DNA of 64,000 nt from an uncultured Acidobacteriota bacterium (GCA_913043225.1 CAJWLU010000011.1:1-64000); one strand, 5' to 3'. Shown: positions 1 to 10,523, counted from the first letter of the stretch. Notes: a model not told the origin generated them from the sequence alone. Numbers and translations are program-made.

Positions 1-354
1 CTAGAAGAGGGACATGTCGTGACGCAGGATGTGTACAGTGGGACCTTCTTCAATGACGATGGGAATGGGTTCCTACATGAGACATCTTGGGTCTGTCCTG
101 GAATTACCGACACCCGCCAAGGGAAGGGAACCGCCCATGGACATGGCATCGTCACGGACTATGACAACGACAAAGCGTACTTCGCCTGGAAAGGCACCAT
201 CGATCCGGAAGATGGGTTTAATGGCGACTACCGCTGGACCGGTGGAACTGGAAAATACGCTGGCATCACCGGCGACAACACCTTTCGCGCCATGCCGATC
301 GGCGAGACCATACAGGGCCGTGGCCTCATGAAGGGAGACTGGAAGCTTCCTTAG
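1..354 (+). CDS. Hypothetical small beta-barrel protein (dirigent/AOC/DUF3224-like), 5'-truncated by window edge
   Basis: Frame is open from base 1 (LEEGHVVTQDVYSGT...). Gly/aromatic beta-strand pattern with WTGGTGKYAGITG motif. Confidence 0.6.
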   Translation, partial: LEEGHVVTQDVYSGTFFNDDGNGFLHETSWVCPGITDTRQGKGTAHGHGIVTDYDNDKAYFAWKGTIDPEDGFNGDYRWTGGTGKYAGITGDNTFRAMPIGETIQGRGLMKGDWKLP

Positions 355-398
355 CAGAGGAAGCTCACCAGGAACTGTAACAGTCAGTCAGTAGGCTA

Positions 399-1556
399 CT
401 AGTAGCCCGCTGGAGAGTATTGAACGGCTCCAGGAAAACTCAGTTCTCTGATGTGGGAACGGCCCACGTACACCGGTGAGGCAGGGTTGGTCCGCTCGGC
501 TGCCAAGTCCGACATAAAGGCGTTTTCGTCCTCGGGGGACGGAATTCGCCCAGTCAGGCACGTTCGCACGATCTCGTAGACCGCTTGCGGGGCATCGAGC
601 TGCGGGTAGTGCCCAGCGGTGGGCAACAGCCAGAAGCTGCTCTCCGGCTCGCGGGCATTCATGTGCTCCATCCAGATGTGATTGGCAATACGGACAGGGT
701 TCGACGTGTCGAGCACGCCCCAGAACAGAGCTGTCGGCACCGGGCTCGCCGTGAGATTCGCGAGCCACCGATCTTCGTGTGCTGCTCGCTCCAGCTGGTA
801 TCTGACCAGATACAGCTCAGCTCCCAGCCCGTCGTTGAAGGCGTGGACATCGGCACGGGCGACAGCCAACGGGTCACCTTCGATGACTCTGGGCCTGGAG
901 CGCACCTCCTCGATGACCTCGGCTCCCTGGACGGGATGCAAGATGCGATTCGCGCCCTCGGGTCGGTTGGCTAGCGGCAGGAAGCTCCCGCTATTCGATA
1001 AGAAGTGGTACGTGATCTCGTAGTCCCGCCTCGGCGCGTCGAGATAATCACCAAGAAACGCTAAGCCAGTGCTGACCCCGCGGTCATGGGTCAACAGGTG
1101 AAAGCTGGCGAGACCGACGACCTCACGAACATAGTAGTCCAGCAGTCTGGCATCGTCCTTGAGCATGTACGAGTAGCCATCCTGTGGCTTGTCTGAGAAC
1201 CCGAAACCGGGAAAATCCAGCGCGCACAAGAAATAGTCGTGTTCCAGGAGAGCAATCAGCTCACGAAAATCGAAGCTAGAACTCCTAAACCCATGAAGAA
1301 TAACGATGGCCGGATTATTGCGGCGACCAAAACTTCGGTAGAAAACCTCGACTGTCCGTCTAGCGTTGTTCTCAGTGGTGGAGGTCCAGGTGAAGTACTC
1401 GCCGCCGCGGTACCAGGCCTCGGCCAGGGGCGAGTAGAACGTGAAGGGTGGCTGCTGTGCCGCCTGCACCGGTTCCCTACCACCGCTCACCTGGCTCAGC
1501 GCTGACACCCCTGGGACCATGGCGGCCAGCGCCACGAACTCACGTCGATTCATCAC
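399..1556 (-). CDS. Tat-exported alpha/beta hydrolase (epoxide hydrolase/MEST-like)
   Basis: MMNRREFV twin-Arg signal; HGF oxyanion motif; DFPGFGFSDKP; nucleophile HDRG; catalytic His in GHYPQ; GGGAGG RBS upstream. Confidence 0.85.
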   Translation of the reverse strand: MMNRREFVALAAMVPGVSALSQVSGGREPVQAAQQPPFTFYSPLAEAWYRGGEYFTWTSTTENNARRTVEVFYRSFGRRNNPAIVILHGFRSSSFDFRELIALLEHDYFLCALDFPGFGFSDKPQDGYSYMLKDDARLLDYYVREVVGLASFHLLTHDRGVSTGLAFLGDYLDAPRRDYEITYHFLSNSGSFLPLANRPEGANRILHPVQGAEVIEEVRSRPRVIEGDPLAVARADVHAFNDGLGAELYLVRYQLERAAHEDRWLANLTASPVPTALFWGVLDTSNPVRIANHIWMEHMNAREPESSFWLLPTAGHYPQLDAPQAVYEIVRTCLTGRIPSPEDENAFMSDLAAERTNPASPVYVGRSHIRELSFPGAVQYSPAGY

Positions 1557-1760
1557 ATCCTCCCGCGCTCTCGACCGATGGCCTGAAGATAGGAGTACCC
1601 CTCGGCATCACTTTTTCTCCGTAAAGCCAGCCCTCTGTGAGCGAACAACCCGCGTGCCCTCCTCTTGGCTGGGCACCTTGTCCCGGTTTGTGGCCGTTCT
1701 GCCACCATCAGCGTGCAGCGGCCGCCAGAGGCCGCAGTCATGCCACGCCCACGACCCGTG

Positions 1761-1789
1761 TTGACTGGCAGTCGAACGATATATACAGT
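1761..1789 (+). promoter_or_regulatory. Sigma70-type promoter for the gene at 1956
   Basis: TTGACT (1761-1766), 17-nt spacer, TACAGT (1784-1789) in an intergenic region. Confidence 0.5.
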
Positions 1790-1955
1790 GAGGTCACTCT
1801 CAGTTGTTCTGAGCGCTAGCTGCATCCTGACCGTAGCTGGCGCGAATATGTTGGCGAAGTAGCCGTTTCTGCCTTTCGGTCCGTTTGGCGGGCCGTGTCA
1901 GTGGCTTTCACTGGGCAGAGGCAACCCTGGACAACCATACTTGGAGGAGAAAACG

Positions 1956-2333
1956 ATGGCAGACTTAATCGGAAAGTTTTCTGCGAAACATGTCGGCAAT
2001 ACCTACAGTAAATCCGCGGACGGCGACCTCGTGATAAATGCACACTTTGAAGGCGAGGCCGACGTTTATGGTGCAGGCTTTGCGACATTGACAGTGGTTC
2101 AACCGTTATCTGAGGCAGGTGCAACCAGCGGGACATGCACCTACGCAGGGCAAGCATTTCAGGATGGAAATACGTTGGGTGCGCTCGGGGAGGGGACCTG
2201 GGAACAGACTCCTGGCTCGAGTGCCTGGAAGGTAACGCTAGACATCGATGGGTCGAATGGCGACCGCGTACGTTCTGTAGGGACCATCGATCTTGCGAAC
2301 CGTTCATACAACGGCGAATTGTTTACTCGCTAA
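1956..2333 (+). CDS. Hypothetical small beta-barrel protein
   Basis: GGAGGA RBS before ATG 1956; Gly/Thr-rich all-beta pattern; followed by a hairpin. Confidence 0.75.
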   Translation: MADLIGKFSAKHVGNTYSKSADGDLVINAHFEGEADVYGAGFATLTVVQPLSEAGATSGTCTYAGQAFQDGNTLGALGEGTWEQTPGSSAWKVTLDIDGSNGDRVRSVGTIDLANRSYNGELFTR

Positions 2334-2349
2334 GTCTTTCAGTTCGGCG

Positions 2350-2387
2350 GGAACGGGCTCAACCGATGTTTTCGGTTGAGCCCTTCC
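2350..2387 (+). terminator. Stem-loop, probable intrinsic terminator
   Basis: GGGCTCAACCGA (2355-2366), TGTTT loop, TCGGTTGAGCCC (2372-2383): perfect 12-bp stem just after the stop at 2333. Confidence 0.7.
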
Positions 2388-2648
2388 TCATTTGAAGTGG
2401 TGGGTCAATGAGCATCGGGTAAGGCTCCCTGCGACCGGACCACCTACCACAGGTCCGCCTCGTTCCACTCACGGGCGACGACTAGCCCCCTCGTCCGTTC
2501 TGTCCCCTTTCCTCAAGGGGCAGAGCACCGACCGGTGCGCAATGCCGGCCTATCGTCTCTTTGTTGGTGGGGCCCTCCATCTCAGGCTTACGAGTTAATC
2601 CCCCTCTCCCGCTTGGGATTACATCGCTGATAGCAGCCGCGCGTTTGG

Positions 2649-2861
2649 TCAGTATGAACCCAGCCCAGGAATTACGTTCCTGACCCCACCACGCGGTTCG
2701 TCGACATCCTGGTTCCGTCTTGGGATCAGGTGCCAGTGGCAGTGAGCAACCGGCTGACCAGCACACCCTCCATCATTTACGCCGACGGTGAATCCCGCGA
2801 CTAACGGATCATCTCTGCTAGTCCTGGCACGAACATCGGTCAGGAGCGGTAACATCGTCAC
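2649..2861 (-). pseudogene. HIT family protein, C-terminal remnant
   Basis: GFTVGVNDGGCAGQPVAHCHWHLIPRR..DV..PRGGVR is the HIT C-terminal half with HxHxH. The upstream frame hits TAG near 2930 and lacks the N-terminal CxxC/GHxLxIP part. Confidence 0.7.
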
Positions 2862-3109
2862 ATCAACGGAGTCCCAGCATTTCAGACTTAGGTGTTTAGC
2901 CTGCCGCTGGGGTGGGCGTGAGGTAATCTACCGAGCCCAACCACTGGCACAACATCGTCACGTGCACATAAGACCACCTCACATGCTTTCTCGTGTTCCA
3001 AGAGCCGTCAGAAGATTGCGCCAAGATCTGTCCAGTGATTGTGGTGCCGGCAGTTCGACTCGGCCTCCTCAGCACCACGCTCGCCTCCAGTGATTGACGG
3101 CCGCCAGCC

Positions 3110-5257
3110 ATGCTCCCGGCACTCCTCCTTGTCGCCACTCTCGCGCAACCGACAACAAGCGTGATCGTCACGGTCGTATCCGACTACGAACCGGTGCCCG
3201 AGGCAGACGTATCGATCGGTGAGACGCTGGTCCAGACCGACGCCGACGGTCGGGCAGTCCTCCCCGTCGAGGTAGGAAGCCACACCGTAGTCGTGAGCCG
3301 CATCGGCTTCGACACAGGCACGGCCGAGATCGAGCTCGTGTCGGGTGACGAGGTACGGGTTCGAGTGGAACTCAAATCGCATGCGGTCGTCGAGGAGGAG
3401 ATCATCGTCACCGCGACCCGCACCAACCGTCGAATCGAGGACCTTCCCCTCCGCGTAGAGGTGGTGCCACAGGAAGAGGTACAGGAGAAGATCATGATGA
3501 CGCCGGGAGACATCTCGATGCTCCTGGCAGAGACCAACGGACTGCGGGTGCAGACGACATCACCTTCCCTCGGTGGGGCGTCGGTGCGGATCCAGGGTCT
3601 ACGCGGGCGCTATACCCAGATCCTGTCCGATGGCCTTCCCCTCTTCGGAGGCCAGACCGGGGCCGTCGGCGTACTGCAAATTCCACCGATGGACCTCGGG
3701 CAGGTCGAGGTCATCAAAGGGGTGGCGTCGGCGCTGTACGGTTCGTCGGCAGTGGGCGGGGTCGTCAATCTGGTGTCCCGCCGTCCTCGACAGAACGCGG
3801 TCGAGCGCGAGGTGCTCGTTAACGCCACCACGCACGGCGGCACCGACAGCGTGCTGTGGCTCTCCTCGCCGCTGAACGAGCGCTGGGGCGCAACATTCGT
3901 CGGCGGCGCACACACCCAAACCCGCTCTGATCTTGACCGGGACGGGTGGACCGACCTACCGCGGTACCGTCGGTTCGTGGCCCGTCCGCGGCTCTTCTGG
4001 GAGAACGGCGAGGGCGACTCAGTCATGATGGCACTTGGCGCCCTGACTGAGCGACGACGGGGCGGGACCGAACCCGACGCGACGCTCGCGGACGGATCGA
4101 CGTTCAAAGAAGCTCTTGGTACCGACCGGTTCGACGGTGGGCTGGTGGGACGGTGGCTTGTCGCCGACACACGAGTACTGGCTGTCCGCGGGAGCGCCGC
4201 GACCCAGCGCCACCGACACCGTTACGGACCGCAGATCGAGCCGGATCAGCATCACACGTGGTTCAGCGAGCTGTCGTTGACGGGAGTGGACCGCAGTCAC
4301 ACGTGGACCGTTGGTACCGCATTGCAGCAGGATGCCTTCCGGTCGGAGATAGTGCCCCGCTTCGACTACACCTTTACCGTGCCGGCCGTCTTCGTCCAGG
4401 ACGAATTGGATGTCACCGATTGGCTCGCCGTATCGGCAAGCGCGCGTCTCGACCAGCACAGCGACTACGGCAGCCAGTTCAGCCCGCGGGTGTCGGGCCT
4501 CATTCGCTGGGGCGGTCCATGGGAAACGAGGGTCTCGGTGGGCCGTGGTTTCTACGCCCCGACACCCTTCACCGACGAGACCCAGGCGGTTGGCCTCAGC
4601 GGCCTTGCCCCGCTTGGCGAGCTTGAGGCCGAGCGAGCCGACAGCGGCGCAATCGACATCACCTGGGCGCGAGAGCCGTTCGAGTTGACCGGCACGGTGT
4701 TCGCCTCCCGCATCCGGGACGCGCTGCAGATTCTCGATAACGGTCCGAGCGCCCGCCCGCTAGCGCTGGTCAACGCCCCATCCCCCACCAGAACTTACGG
4801 CGTCGAGCTCGTGGCGCAGATCGAGGTAAACAAGCTTCACGTCATCAGCACTTACATGTTCCTGCAGTCGGAAGAATCCGACCCGGAAGAACCGGGCCGC
4901 TCGACCAGGCGATTGGTCCCGCTCACGCCTCGACACTCGGCATCGCTCGATATTCTCTGGGAGGCCGGGCCAGCCCGCATCGGCATCGAGCTCTTCTACA
5001 CCGGCCGCCAGGAACTCGACGATAATCCATATCGGGCAATCAGTCCCTCCTACCTTCTCTACGGCGGGCTGCTCGACCTCCGCATCACCGACCAGCTGCG
5101 GATCTTCGCGAACGTCGAAAACCTCGGCGACGTACGTCAAACCCGGCGAGACCCACTGCTGCTTCCGGGCCGGCATCCGGACGGACGCTGGACAGTCGAC
5201 GCCTGGGGCCCGATCGACGGGCGCGTCGTGAACGCCGGCATCCGCCTGGGTCTTTAG
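3110..5257 (+). CDS. TonB-dependent outer membrane receptor
   Basis: Signal peptide, carboxypeptidase-regulatory-like N domain, EEIIVTATR box, plug motifs (IQGLRGRYTQILSDG; VEVIKGVASALYGSSAVGGVVN), barrel ending VNAGIRLGL. Confidence 0.95.
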   Translation: MLPALLLVATLAQPTTSVIVTVVSDYEPVPEADVSIGETLVQTDADGRAVLPVEVGSHTVVVSRIGFDTGTAEIELVSGDEVRVRVELKSHAVVEEEIIVTATRTNRRIEDLPLRVEVVPQEEVQEKIMMTPGDISMLLAETNGLRVQTTSPSLGGASVRIQGLRGRYTQILSDGLPLFGGQTGAVGVLQIPPMDLGQVEVIKGVASALYGSSAVGGVVNLVSRRPRQNAVEREVLVNATTHGGTDSVLWLSSPLNERWGATFVGGAHTQTRSDLDRDGWTDLPRYRRFVARPRLFWENGEGDSVMMALGALTERRRGGTEPDATLADGSTFKEALGTDRFDGGLVGRWLVADTRVLAVRGSAATQRHRHRYGPQIEPDQHHTWFSELSLTGVDRSHTWTVGTALQQDAFRSEIVPRFDYTFTVPAVFVQDELDVTDWLAVSASARLDQHSDYGSQFSPRVSGLIRWGGPWETRVSVGRGFYAPTPFTDETQAVGLSGLAPLGELEAERADSGAIDITWAREPFELTGTVFASRIRDALQILDNGPSARPLALVNAPSPTRTYGVELVAQIEVNKLHVISTYMFLQSEESDPEEPGRSTRRLVPLTPRHSASLDILWEAGPARIGIELFYTGRQELDDNPYRAISPSYLLYGGLLDLRITDQLRIFANVENLGDVRQTRRDPLLLPGRHPDGRWTVDAWGPIDGRVVNAGIRLGL

Positions 5258-5317
5258 TGCAATGGGGCGTTGCCTTAAGACCCACACGGCGCGAGTGAGG
5301 CCCGCCGTCCCGACTGC

Positions 5318-5821
5318 TCACCGCAGCGCGAGCTCGAAGAGCCAGGTGTCGCCCGCCTCGATCGAATCGGCTTCACCGAACCCGTACTTCCGGTTCAGCT
5401 CGGCGCTCACCCCTTCCATCACAGCACGCCCGGATGTGATCCGCACGAGCTGGCGCTCGTAGTGCCTCCCGTCGACTCGGAGGATGGCTCGGCCATCACG
5501 TAACGCCTGTTCCGGCCAGTGTTTCCAGAAACTTCCCAGCAGACCGCCCATGAACCCCGAGACCACATAGGGCTTTCCCTCGTGCACGGCCACCCAAACG
5601 ACCCGCGAGCGCGGGGGCTCGAGCAACTGCATCTCGACCGTCTCCCGGTCGATCAGGAAGCTCCAATCGGGCTCAGGCCCGGTGTACAGCTCGCCCGATA
5701 TGAATGGGCCGCCTCCAAGAAAGGCCCCAGGCACGTCTCGACTCCCGGACAACAACAGCATGAAAGCGAACACAATGAACGGGAGCAGCACCAGGGCTGC
5801 GACGATCTGCTTTCGACTCAC
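5318..5821 (-). CDS. Membrane-anchored hypothetical protein (split-barrel/DUF2255-like)
   Basis: GGAGG RBS before GTG 5821; N-terminal TM helix; PRSRVVWVAVHEG..YV..G and RKYG pattern. Confidence 0.6.
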   Translation of the reverse strand: MSRKQIVAALVLLPFIVFAFMLLLSGSRDVPGAFLGGGPFISGELYTGPEPDWSFLIDRETVEMQLLEPPRSRVVWVAVHEGKPYVVSGFMGGLLGSFWKHWPEQALRDGRAILRVDGRHYERQLVRITSGRAVMEGVSAELNRKYGFGEADSIEAGDTWLFELALR

Positions 5822-5916
5822 TTCATGACCTCCTTCTCGGGTGCATCCGCGATGGGCGATCCCAACCCGCATCCCCGAGACGAGTGTAGGATCTCGGCCG
5901 GCGAGGCCCCAGCCCC

Positions 5917-6741
5917 ATGCGAAAGCATCCCACCGTTCCTGAAACCGCGGAAGAACATCGCGACCTGCACTGGAAGCGCACCGGCACTCACCAGATCCGC
6001 ACCGTCGCCGACGCCGAGTTGTTCGTGAACGAAGTTGGTTTTGCGGCCTGCTTGACCGACGCCCGCCGCCCCGGCCCGTCGCTCTATGTCGGCGTCTGCG
6101 GGCGCCGCGACGCTGTCATGCCCCGCAACGTACAGAAAGACCCCGAGTCGTCGCACACGTGGCAGCTCAAGGACGAACTGGTGCGCCGCGGCAATGTGTA
6201 CTACGCCAAGCTGGCCAAGGGCAGGGCCATGTTTCTCGCTCCGCGCATGGTCCCGTATTTCCACGCCATCTGGGGCATCCGTCGCCGGGCGGAACAAAAC
6301 GAGCTTAGTCCAGATGCGCGGGCGCTACTGCGCGCACTGCGGAAGGAGTGGGAGCTGGGCACGGCCGACCTGCGCGCCGATTCGGGCGTGACCGACCGGA
6401 AGCGGTTCCTGCGCGCGGTCGACGAGCTGCAGGCCGCGATGCTCGTGATGCCGGGCCAAGTCGTCTACGCTCCGAAGCTTACCTACATCTGGACGCTCGG
6501 TGTAGGCCGTTTCCCCGAGGAGCTGACCAGTCGCGTCAACCGTGCCACGGCGCTCCTGGAGATCGCGCGCGCGTTCCTGGCCGGCGCCGGAGTTACCATT
6601 CCCGGTGAGCTGGCCCGGTCCACGGGTCTATCGCGGACCGATGCTGGTTTGGGCAACCATGCACTCTGCGCCGAGGGCTACGCCGTCTCGCCAAGGCGGG
6701 GCGTCTACCACCTGACGACACCGCTCGACACGCTCGACTAG
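5917..6741 (+). CDS. AlkZ-related winged-helix protein
   Basis: 274-aa ORF; FV..VGF, W.LKDEL....VYYAKL..G...FL and T..LR...G wHTH-like repeats. Confidence 0.55.
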   Translation: MRKHPTVPETAEEHRDLHWKRTGTHQIRTVADAELFVNEVGFAACLTDARRPGPSLYVGVCGRRDAVMPRNVQKDPESSHTWQLKDELVRRGNVYYAKLAKGRAMFLAPRMVPYFHAIWGIRRRAEQNELSPDARALLRALRKEWELGTADLRADSGVTDRKRFLRAVDELQAAMLVMPGQVVYAPKLTYIWTLGVGRFPEELTSRVNRATALLEIARAFLAGAGVTIPGELARSTGLSRTDAGLGNHALCAEGYAVSPRRGVYHLTTPLDTLD

Positions 6742-6751
6742 GAACGCACTG

Positions 6752-7447
6752 ATGCAAGCGCTACTGATCAGCAACTCGACCAACCACGGCGAGGGCTACC
6801 TCGACCACTGCATGCCCGCGATGCGCGAGTTCGTCGGCGTGCGACGCCGGCTCGCCTTTGTGCCCTTCGCCTTGTTCGACCGGCAAGGCTATACCGAACG
6901 CACAACCGCGCGTTTCGGGCGCGAAGAAATAGACGTTCGAACGGTCACGGCCGATTCGGCCGGCCACGAGACGCTGACCTGGGCCGAGGCAGTCTTCGTC
7001 GGCGGCGGCAACACGTTCCGGCTCCTAAGAACCCTGCAAGAACAGAAGCTGCTCACCACCCTCCGCGAGCGTTGCCGTCACGGCCTGGTCTACATGGGAG
7101 CGAGCGCGGGCGCCAATGTCGCCTGTCCGACCATCCGCACAACCAACGACATGCCGATCGTGCAGCCGACATCATTCGACGCGCTCGGCCTGGTGCCGTT
7201 CCAAGTCAATCCACACTATCTCGACCCACCCACCGGGTCCACTCACATGGGCGAAACGAGAGAAGAGCGACTCACCGAGTTTCTGGAAGAAAACCCGACG
7301 ACCGTAGTGGGGCTCAGGGAAGGATCCTGGATCCGGATCGATGGCCGGTCCGCCACGCTGGGCGGCCTCCGCGCGGCACGGGTCCTAAAACGAGAAACGG
7401 CCCCGGAGGAGCGCTCCCCCGGGGCCGATCTCTCCGACCTGCTATAG
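6752..7447 (+). CDS. pepE: Dipeptidase E (peptidase S51)
   Basis: LLISNST, FVGGGNTF, GASAG nucleophile, TIRTTNDMPI, NPHY, HMGETREERL. Confidence 0.95.
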   Translation: MQALLISNSTNHGEGYLDHCMPAMREFVGVRRRLAFVPFALFDRQGYTERTTARFGREEIDVRTVTADSAGHETLTWAEAVFVGGGNTFRLLRTLQEQKLLTTLRERCRHGLVYMGASAGANVACPTIRTTNDMPIVQPTSFDALGLVPFQVNPHYLDPPTGSTHMGETREERLTEFLEENPTTVVGLREGSWIRIDGRSATLGGLRAARVLKRETAPEERSPGADLSDLL

Positions 7448-7453
7448 CTGGGC

Positions 7454-9178
7454 CTACTGTTGGCCACCGGCCGCTTCGGCATCGCGCGCCCGAGCGCCGC
7501 TCAGGATGTTTGTCATCCCGTAATTGCCCTCATGGCACGAGTACTCGACTAACTCGTACTGACTCGGGTCGAGATCCCAGCGGAACATGCCGGTCCACGG
7601 GCGCGTCCACACCGTTGGGTCATCGACCGTGAACTGATACTCGAGCACCCCCGCCGCGACGCGCGTGTAGCGCTCGGTCAGCGTCAGGTTCTCGGTGGTA
7701 CCGCGGAAGGAGGCGCCGCCGTTGAAGTTGGTCGTCTCCACGACCAGCGTGTTCCCCTCCCAGCGCCCAAGCGCGCTCCCCTGATAGGCCGAGATGCTAT
7801 TGCTCATCTGCGGCTGCGGTGTCGTCGGCACCACCCGCGTTTCGTGGATCATCTCTCGCTGGATGGCCACGTACCCCGGCCCCTGCACGATCTGCAAGCC
7901 GTTGTTGTAGCCGCCTGGGGTCGGGATCAAACCACGAGTAATACAGCGCACCCACGTGGACAGATCCTCAGGACCGCCCGGGGTCACGGCACGCCGCGGC
8001 GCCCGCTCGTCGCCAGCCAGCGCGCGCGCCGGAGCGGCCACCCGCTCGGGCAGTCGCCCATCTGGCGGATCGATCACCATGGCCATTTGCGTCGACACGG
8101 CAGAGCCGTACTCGAGCGTCGTGTCTCTCCATTCGCGTTCGTAGCCCCAGATACCACCGAGCAGCCGTCCTTCGTGCCTGGCGATCGCCTCTTCGGCAGT
8201 GACCTCCCCATCCGCACCCTCAGGCCGCTCGAACGGAATACCGACCGCCGAGCTGCTCGTCCAGATACCCTGAAGGTCAGGCTCGCCCCATGGCGTCTGG
8301 GGCGGATCGAACGAATCGAGCTCAGTCGTCAGAATGGTGGATCCAATATCGGTGTCCATGCCCGCAAACCCAGACTCGATCAGCGCGACCCGCACGCGAT
8401 CGGGCCCGAACACGAACGCGCGGCGCGCCGCGGTGCGGCCGCCCTCAGGCACCGCCGGCTCGGTTTCGAACTCGACGTTCTGCCCTCGAAACTCGGCTAC
8501 GGAGGCGTCCATGTCGTCGACCACGAATGCGATGTGATCGATGGCGCGCTCGACGGTCGTGCCCGGCTCGCCTTCGGCGTTGGGCGTCACGAGAAACCAG
8601 ACGCCACCGAACTTCACCCCGTCGAGGCGTCCCTTCAGGCTGGCGGGCTGCCCGCCCAGAACGTCGCGATACCAGGCCAGCGTCGCCGCCGGATCGGCCG
8701 CGCTCAGGTGCACGTGATGGAAGCCGAGCGTTTCGGGGTCCTCCACCAACTCGATGCGGGTGCCCCAGGGATCGAAGATAAAGGCCAGCTTGAACAGTCC
8801 CGGCACGTCACGCCAAGTCGACCCATCGTCGTTCCGCTGCAGCCGGACGCCGGAGCCACGGACACCCACCGCCTCGAGTTCGGCCATCTTGGCTGGCAGG
8901 TCAGCCACTGAAAACCCGATGTGGTCGACGCCCGTGCCCTGGCTGCTACCAGTGGTGGTCTGCGGCACAAAGACCACTTCAGTGCCGTAGCAATCGACCG
9001 CGTCGGTGCGATCGGTCAGAGCCTCGCAGCCCAGATATCTGGTGTACCAACCGACCGCCTGCAACGGGCTCGCGGTGGTGATATGCACATGGTGATAGTC
9101 AGCCGCCGCCGCAGGGAGGGGCGCGATCAGCCAGGCCAATGCCAGCGCGACAACAAGGTTCTTCCGGCTCATGAACAT
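7454..9178 (-). CDS. Secreted fusion of two VOC/glyoxalase domains with a PDLxGxW-YxCHEGN family domain
   Basis: Signal peptide; YHHVH, VDHIGF, DPWGTRIELVE, FHHVH, IDHIAF VOC motifs; C-terminal PDLQGIW...RC...YNN...WEGNTLVVET...YSCHEGN. Confidence 0.85.
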   Translation of the reverse strand: MFMSRKNLVVALALAWLIAPLPAAAADYHHVHITTASPLQAVGWYTRYLGCEALTDRTDAVDCYGTEVVFVPQTTTGSSQGTGVDHIGFSVADLPAKMAELEAVGVRGSGVRLQRNDDGSTWRDVPGLFKLAFIFDPWGTRIELVEDPETLGFHHVHLSAADPAATLAWYRDVLGGQPASLKGRLDGVKFGGVWFLVTPNAEGEPGTTVERAIDHIAFVVDDMDASVAEFRGQNVEFETEPAVPEGGRTAARRAFVFGPDRVRVALIESGFAGMDTDIGSTILTTELDSFDPPQTPWGEPDLQGIWTSSSAVGIPFERPEGADGEVTAEEAIARHEGRLLGGIWGYEREWRDTTLEYGSAVSTQMAMVIDPPDGRLPERVAAPARALAGDERAPRRAVTPGGPEDLSTWVRCITRGLIPTPGGYNNGLQIVQGPGYVAIQREMIHETRVVPTTPQPQMSNSISAYQGSALGRWEGNTLVVETTNFNGGASFRGTTENLTLTERYTRVAAGVLEYQFTVDDPTVWTRPWTGMFRWDLDPSQYELVEYSCHEGNYGMTNILSGARARDAEAAGGQQ

Positions 9179-9551
9179 ACTCTCCTTGGCTTCTCGAAGT
9201 TACCCCGATTATCGCTCACCGAGACAGACCGTGCACTCCACAGGGAACAGCTCCGAGGCACACGGCGCGCTGGAGCGTTGTCGGCCGCATGAGCGCACCG
9301 CGTGGCGGATTACACCCGTGTCTGCATGTCACCGTAGTCCGCACCTGTCAGACTTTCGAGCGTCGAGATTTGCCAGACGTCGAGCGCATCCAGCCAGCTC
9401 TCGACATCAGCCACCTCACCCGGATGCCGGCATTAGACCATGGACCGAGGCCCGCCGTCTTGAGACGCCAGGGAGTTTACGGTAGGGTGCGGGTCATCGA
9501 CTTCGAGCCCCGTGCCGACCGATGGCGCGGGCGAGACACAGGAGGATCAGA

Positions 9552-10523
9552 ATGCACGCTCTGATGCGCATCGTTGTGCTGTCGACCGCCCTGGCGCTGC
9601 CGCTCGCCGGCCCCGCACACGCCCAGGGTGATGCCGCCCCCCAGACCCCGTGGGGCGTTCCCGATCTGCAGGGGGTCTGGGACTTTCGCACCATTACGCC
9701 GCTGCAGCGACCGGAGGACCTCGGCGACCGCGAGTTCCTGACCGAGGAGGAAGCGGCGAACTTGGAGCAGCAGACCGTCGCGCGAAACGAAGAACTCGAC
9801 AACCGCGCCGCCCAGCGCACCGAGGCGGGCGGCAACATTGGCGCCTACAACAACTTTTGGATGGACCGCGGCACCCGCACCGTCGGCACTCGTCGCACAT
9901 CCTTGATAATCTCCCCGGCGAACGGACGGATCCCGCCCCTCTCGCCAGAGGGCCAGCAACGCGCCGACGAGCGAGCCGCCTATCGCGAGGCGCACCCGGC
10001 CGACTCCTGGGAAGACCGCTCGGTCGGCGAGCGCTGTGTGCTCGGCTTTAATTCCGGCCCTCCAATGGAGCCCCGGGCCTACAACAACCACATGCAGCTC
10101 TTTCAGACGCCGGATTACATCGTGATCCTGAACGAGATGGTCCACGACGCCCGCATCATTCCCGTGACCGCTGGTCGGCCCCTCGACGAGGACGTCACCC
10201 AGTGGATGGGCGACTCGCGAGGACGCTGGGAAGGCGACACGCTGGTGGTCGAGACCGCTAACTTCTACAACAAGAACTCCTTCACGGAGCGCTACGTCGC
10301 CACGACGGCGATGACCCTCGTCGAGCGCTTCACCCGCACCAACGCCGAGACGCTCACCTACCAGTTCACGGTGGAGGACCCGGCCACCTGGACCTCGCCC
10401 TGGACCGTCGAAGTGCCGATGGCGATGTCAGAAGACCAGGTCTGGGAGTATGCGTGTCATGAGGGAAACTACGGGATGGACGGGATCCTGGCGGGCCATC
10501 GCGCCGAAGAGGCGGGCCAGTGA
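9552..10523 (+). CDS. Secreted hypothetical protein, PDLxGxW-YxCHEGN family
   Basis: GGAGGA RBS; signal peptide ending AHA; PDLQGVW, ERC, YNN, EMVH, WEGDTLVVET, YACHEGN; stop overlaps the next start (GTGA). Confidence 0.85.
   Translation: MHALMRIVVLSTALALPLAGPAHAQGDAAPQTPWGVPDLQGVWDFRTITPLQRPEDLGDREFLTEEEAANLEQQTVARNEELDNRAAQRTEAGGNIGAYNNFWMDRGTRTVGTRRTSLIISPANGRIPPLSPEGQQRADERAAYREAHPADSWEDRSVGERCVLGFNSGPPMEPRAYNNHMQLFQTPDYIVILNEMVHDARIIPVTAGRPLDEDVTQWMGDSRGRWEGDTLVVETANFYNKNSFTERYVATTAMTLVERFTRTNAETLTYQFTVEDPATWTSPWTVEVPMAMSEDQVWEYACHEGNYGMDGILAGHRAEEAGQ

Noticed and set aside
394..407. Perfect 14-bp palindrome GGCTACTAGTAGCC
   Set aside because: It overlaps the hydrolase stop codon, has no loop and no second copy; no function can be supported.
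3039..3164. APRSPP in a short frame upstream of the TonB receptor, resembling RAPP/RGPP-type arrest leader peptides
   Set aside because: The frame opens only at 3039, has no signal peptide or CxxC, and runs on into the receptor gene; chance occurrence is likely in GC-rich DNA.
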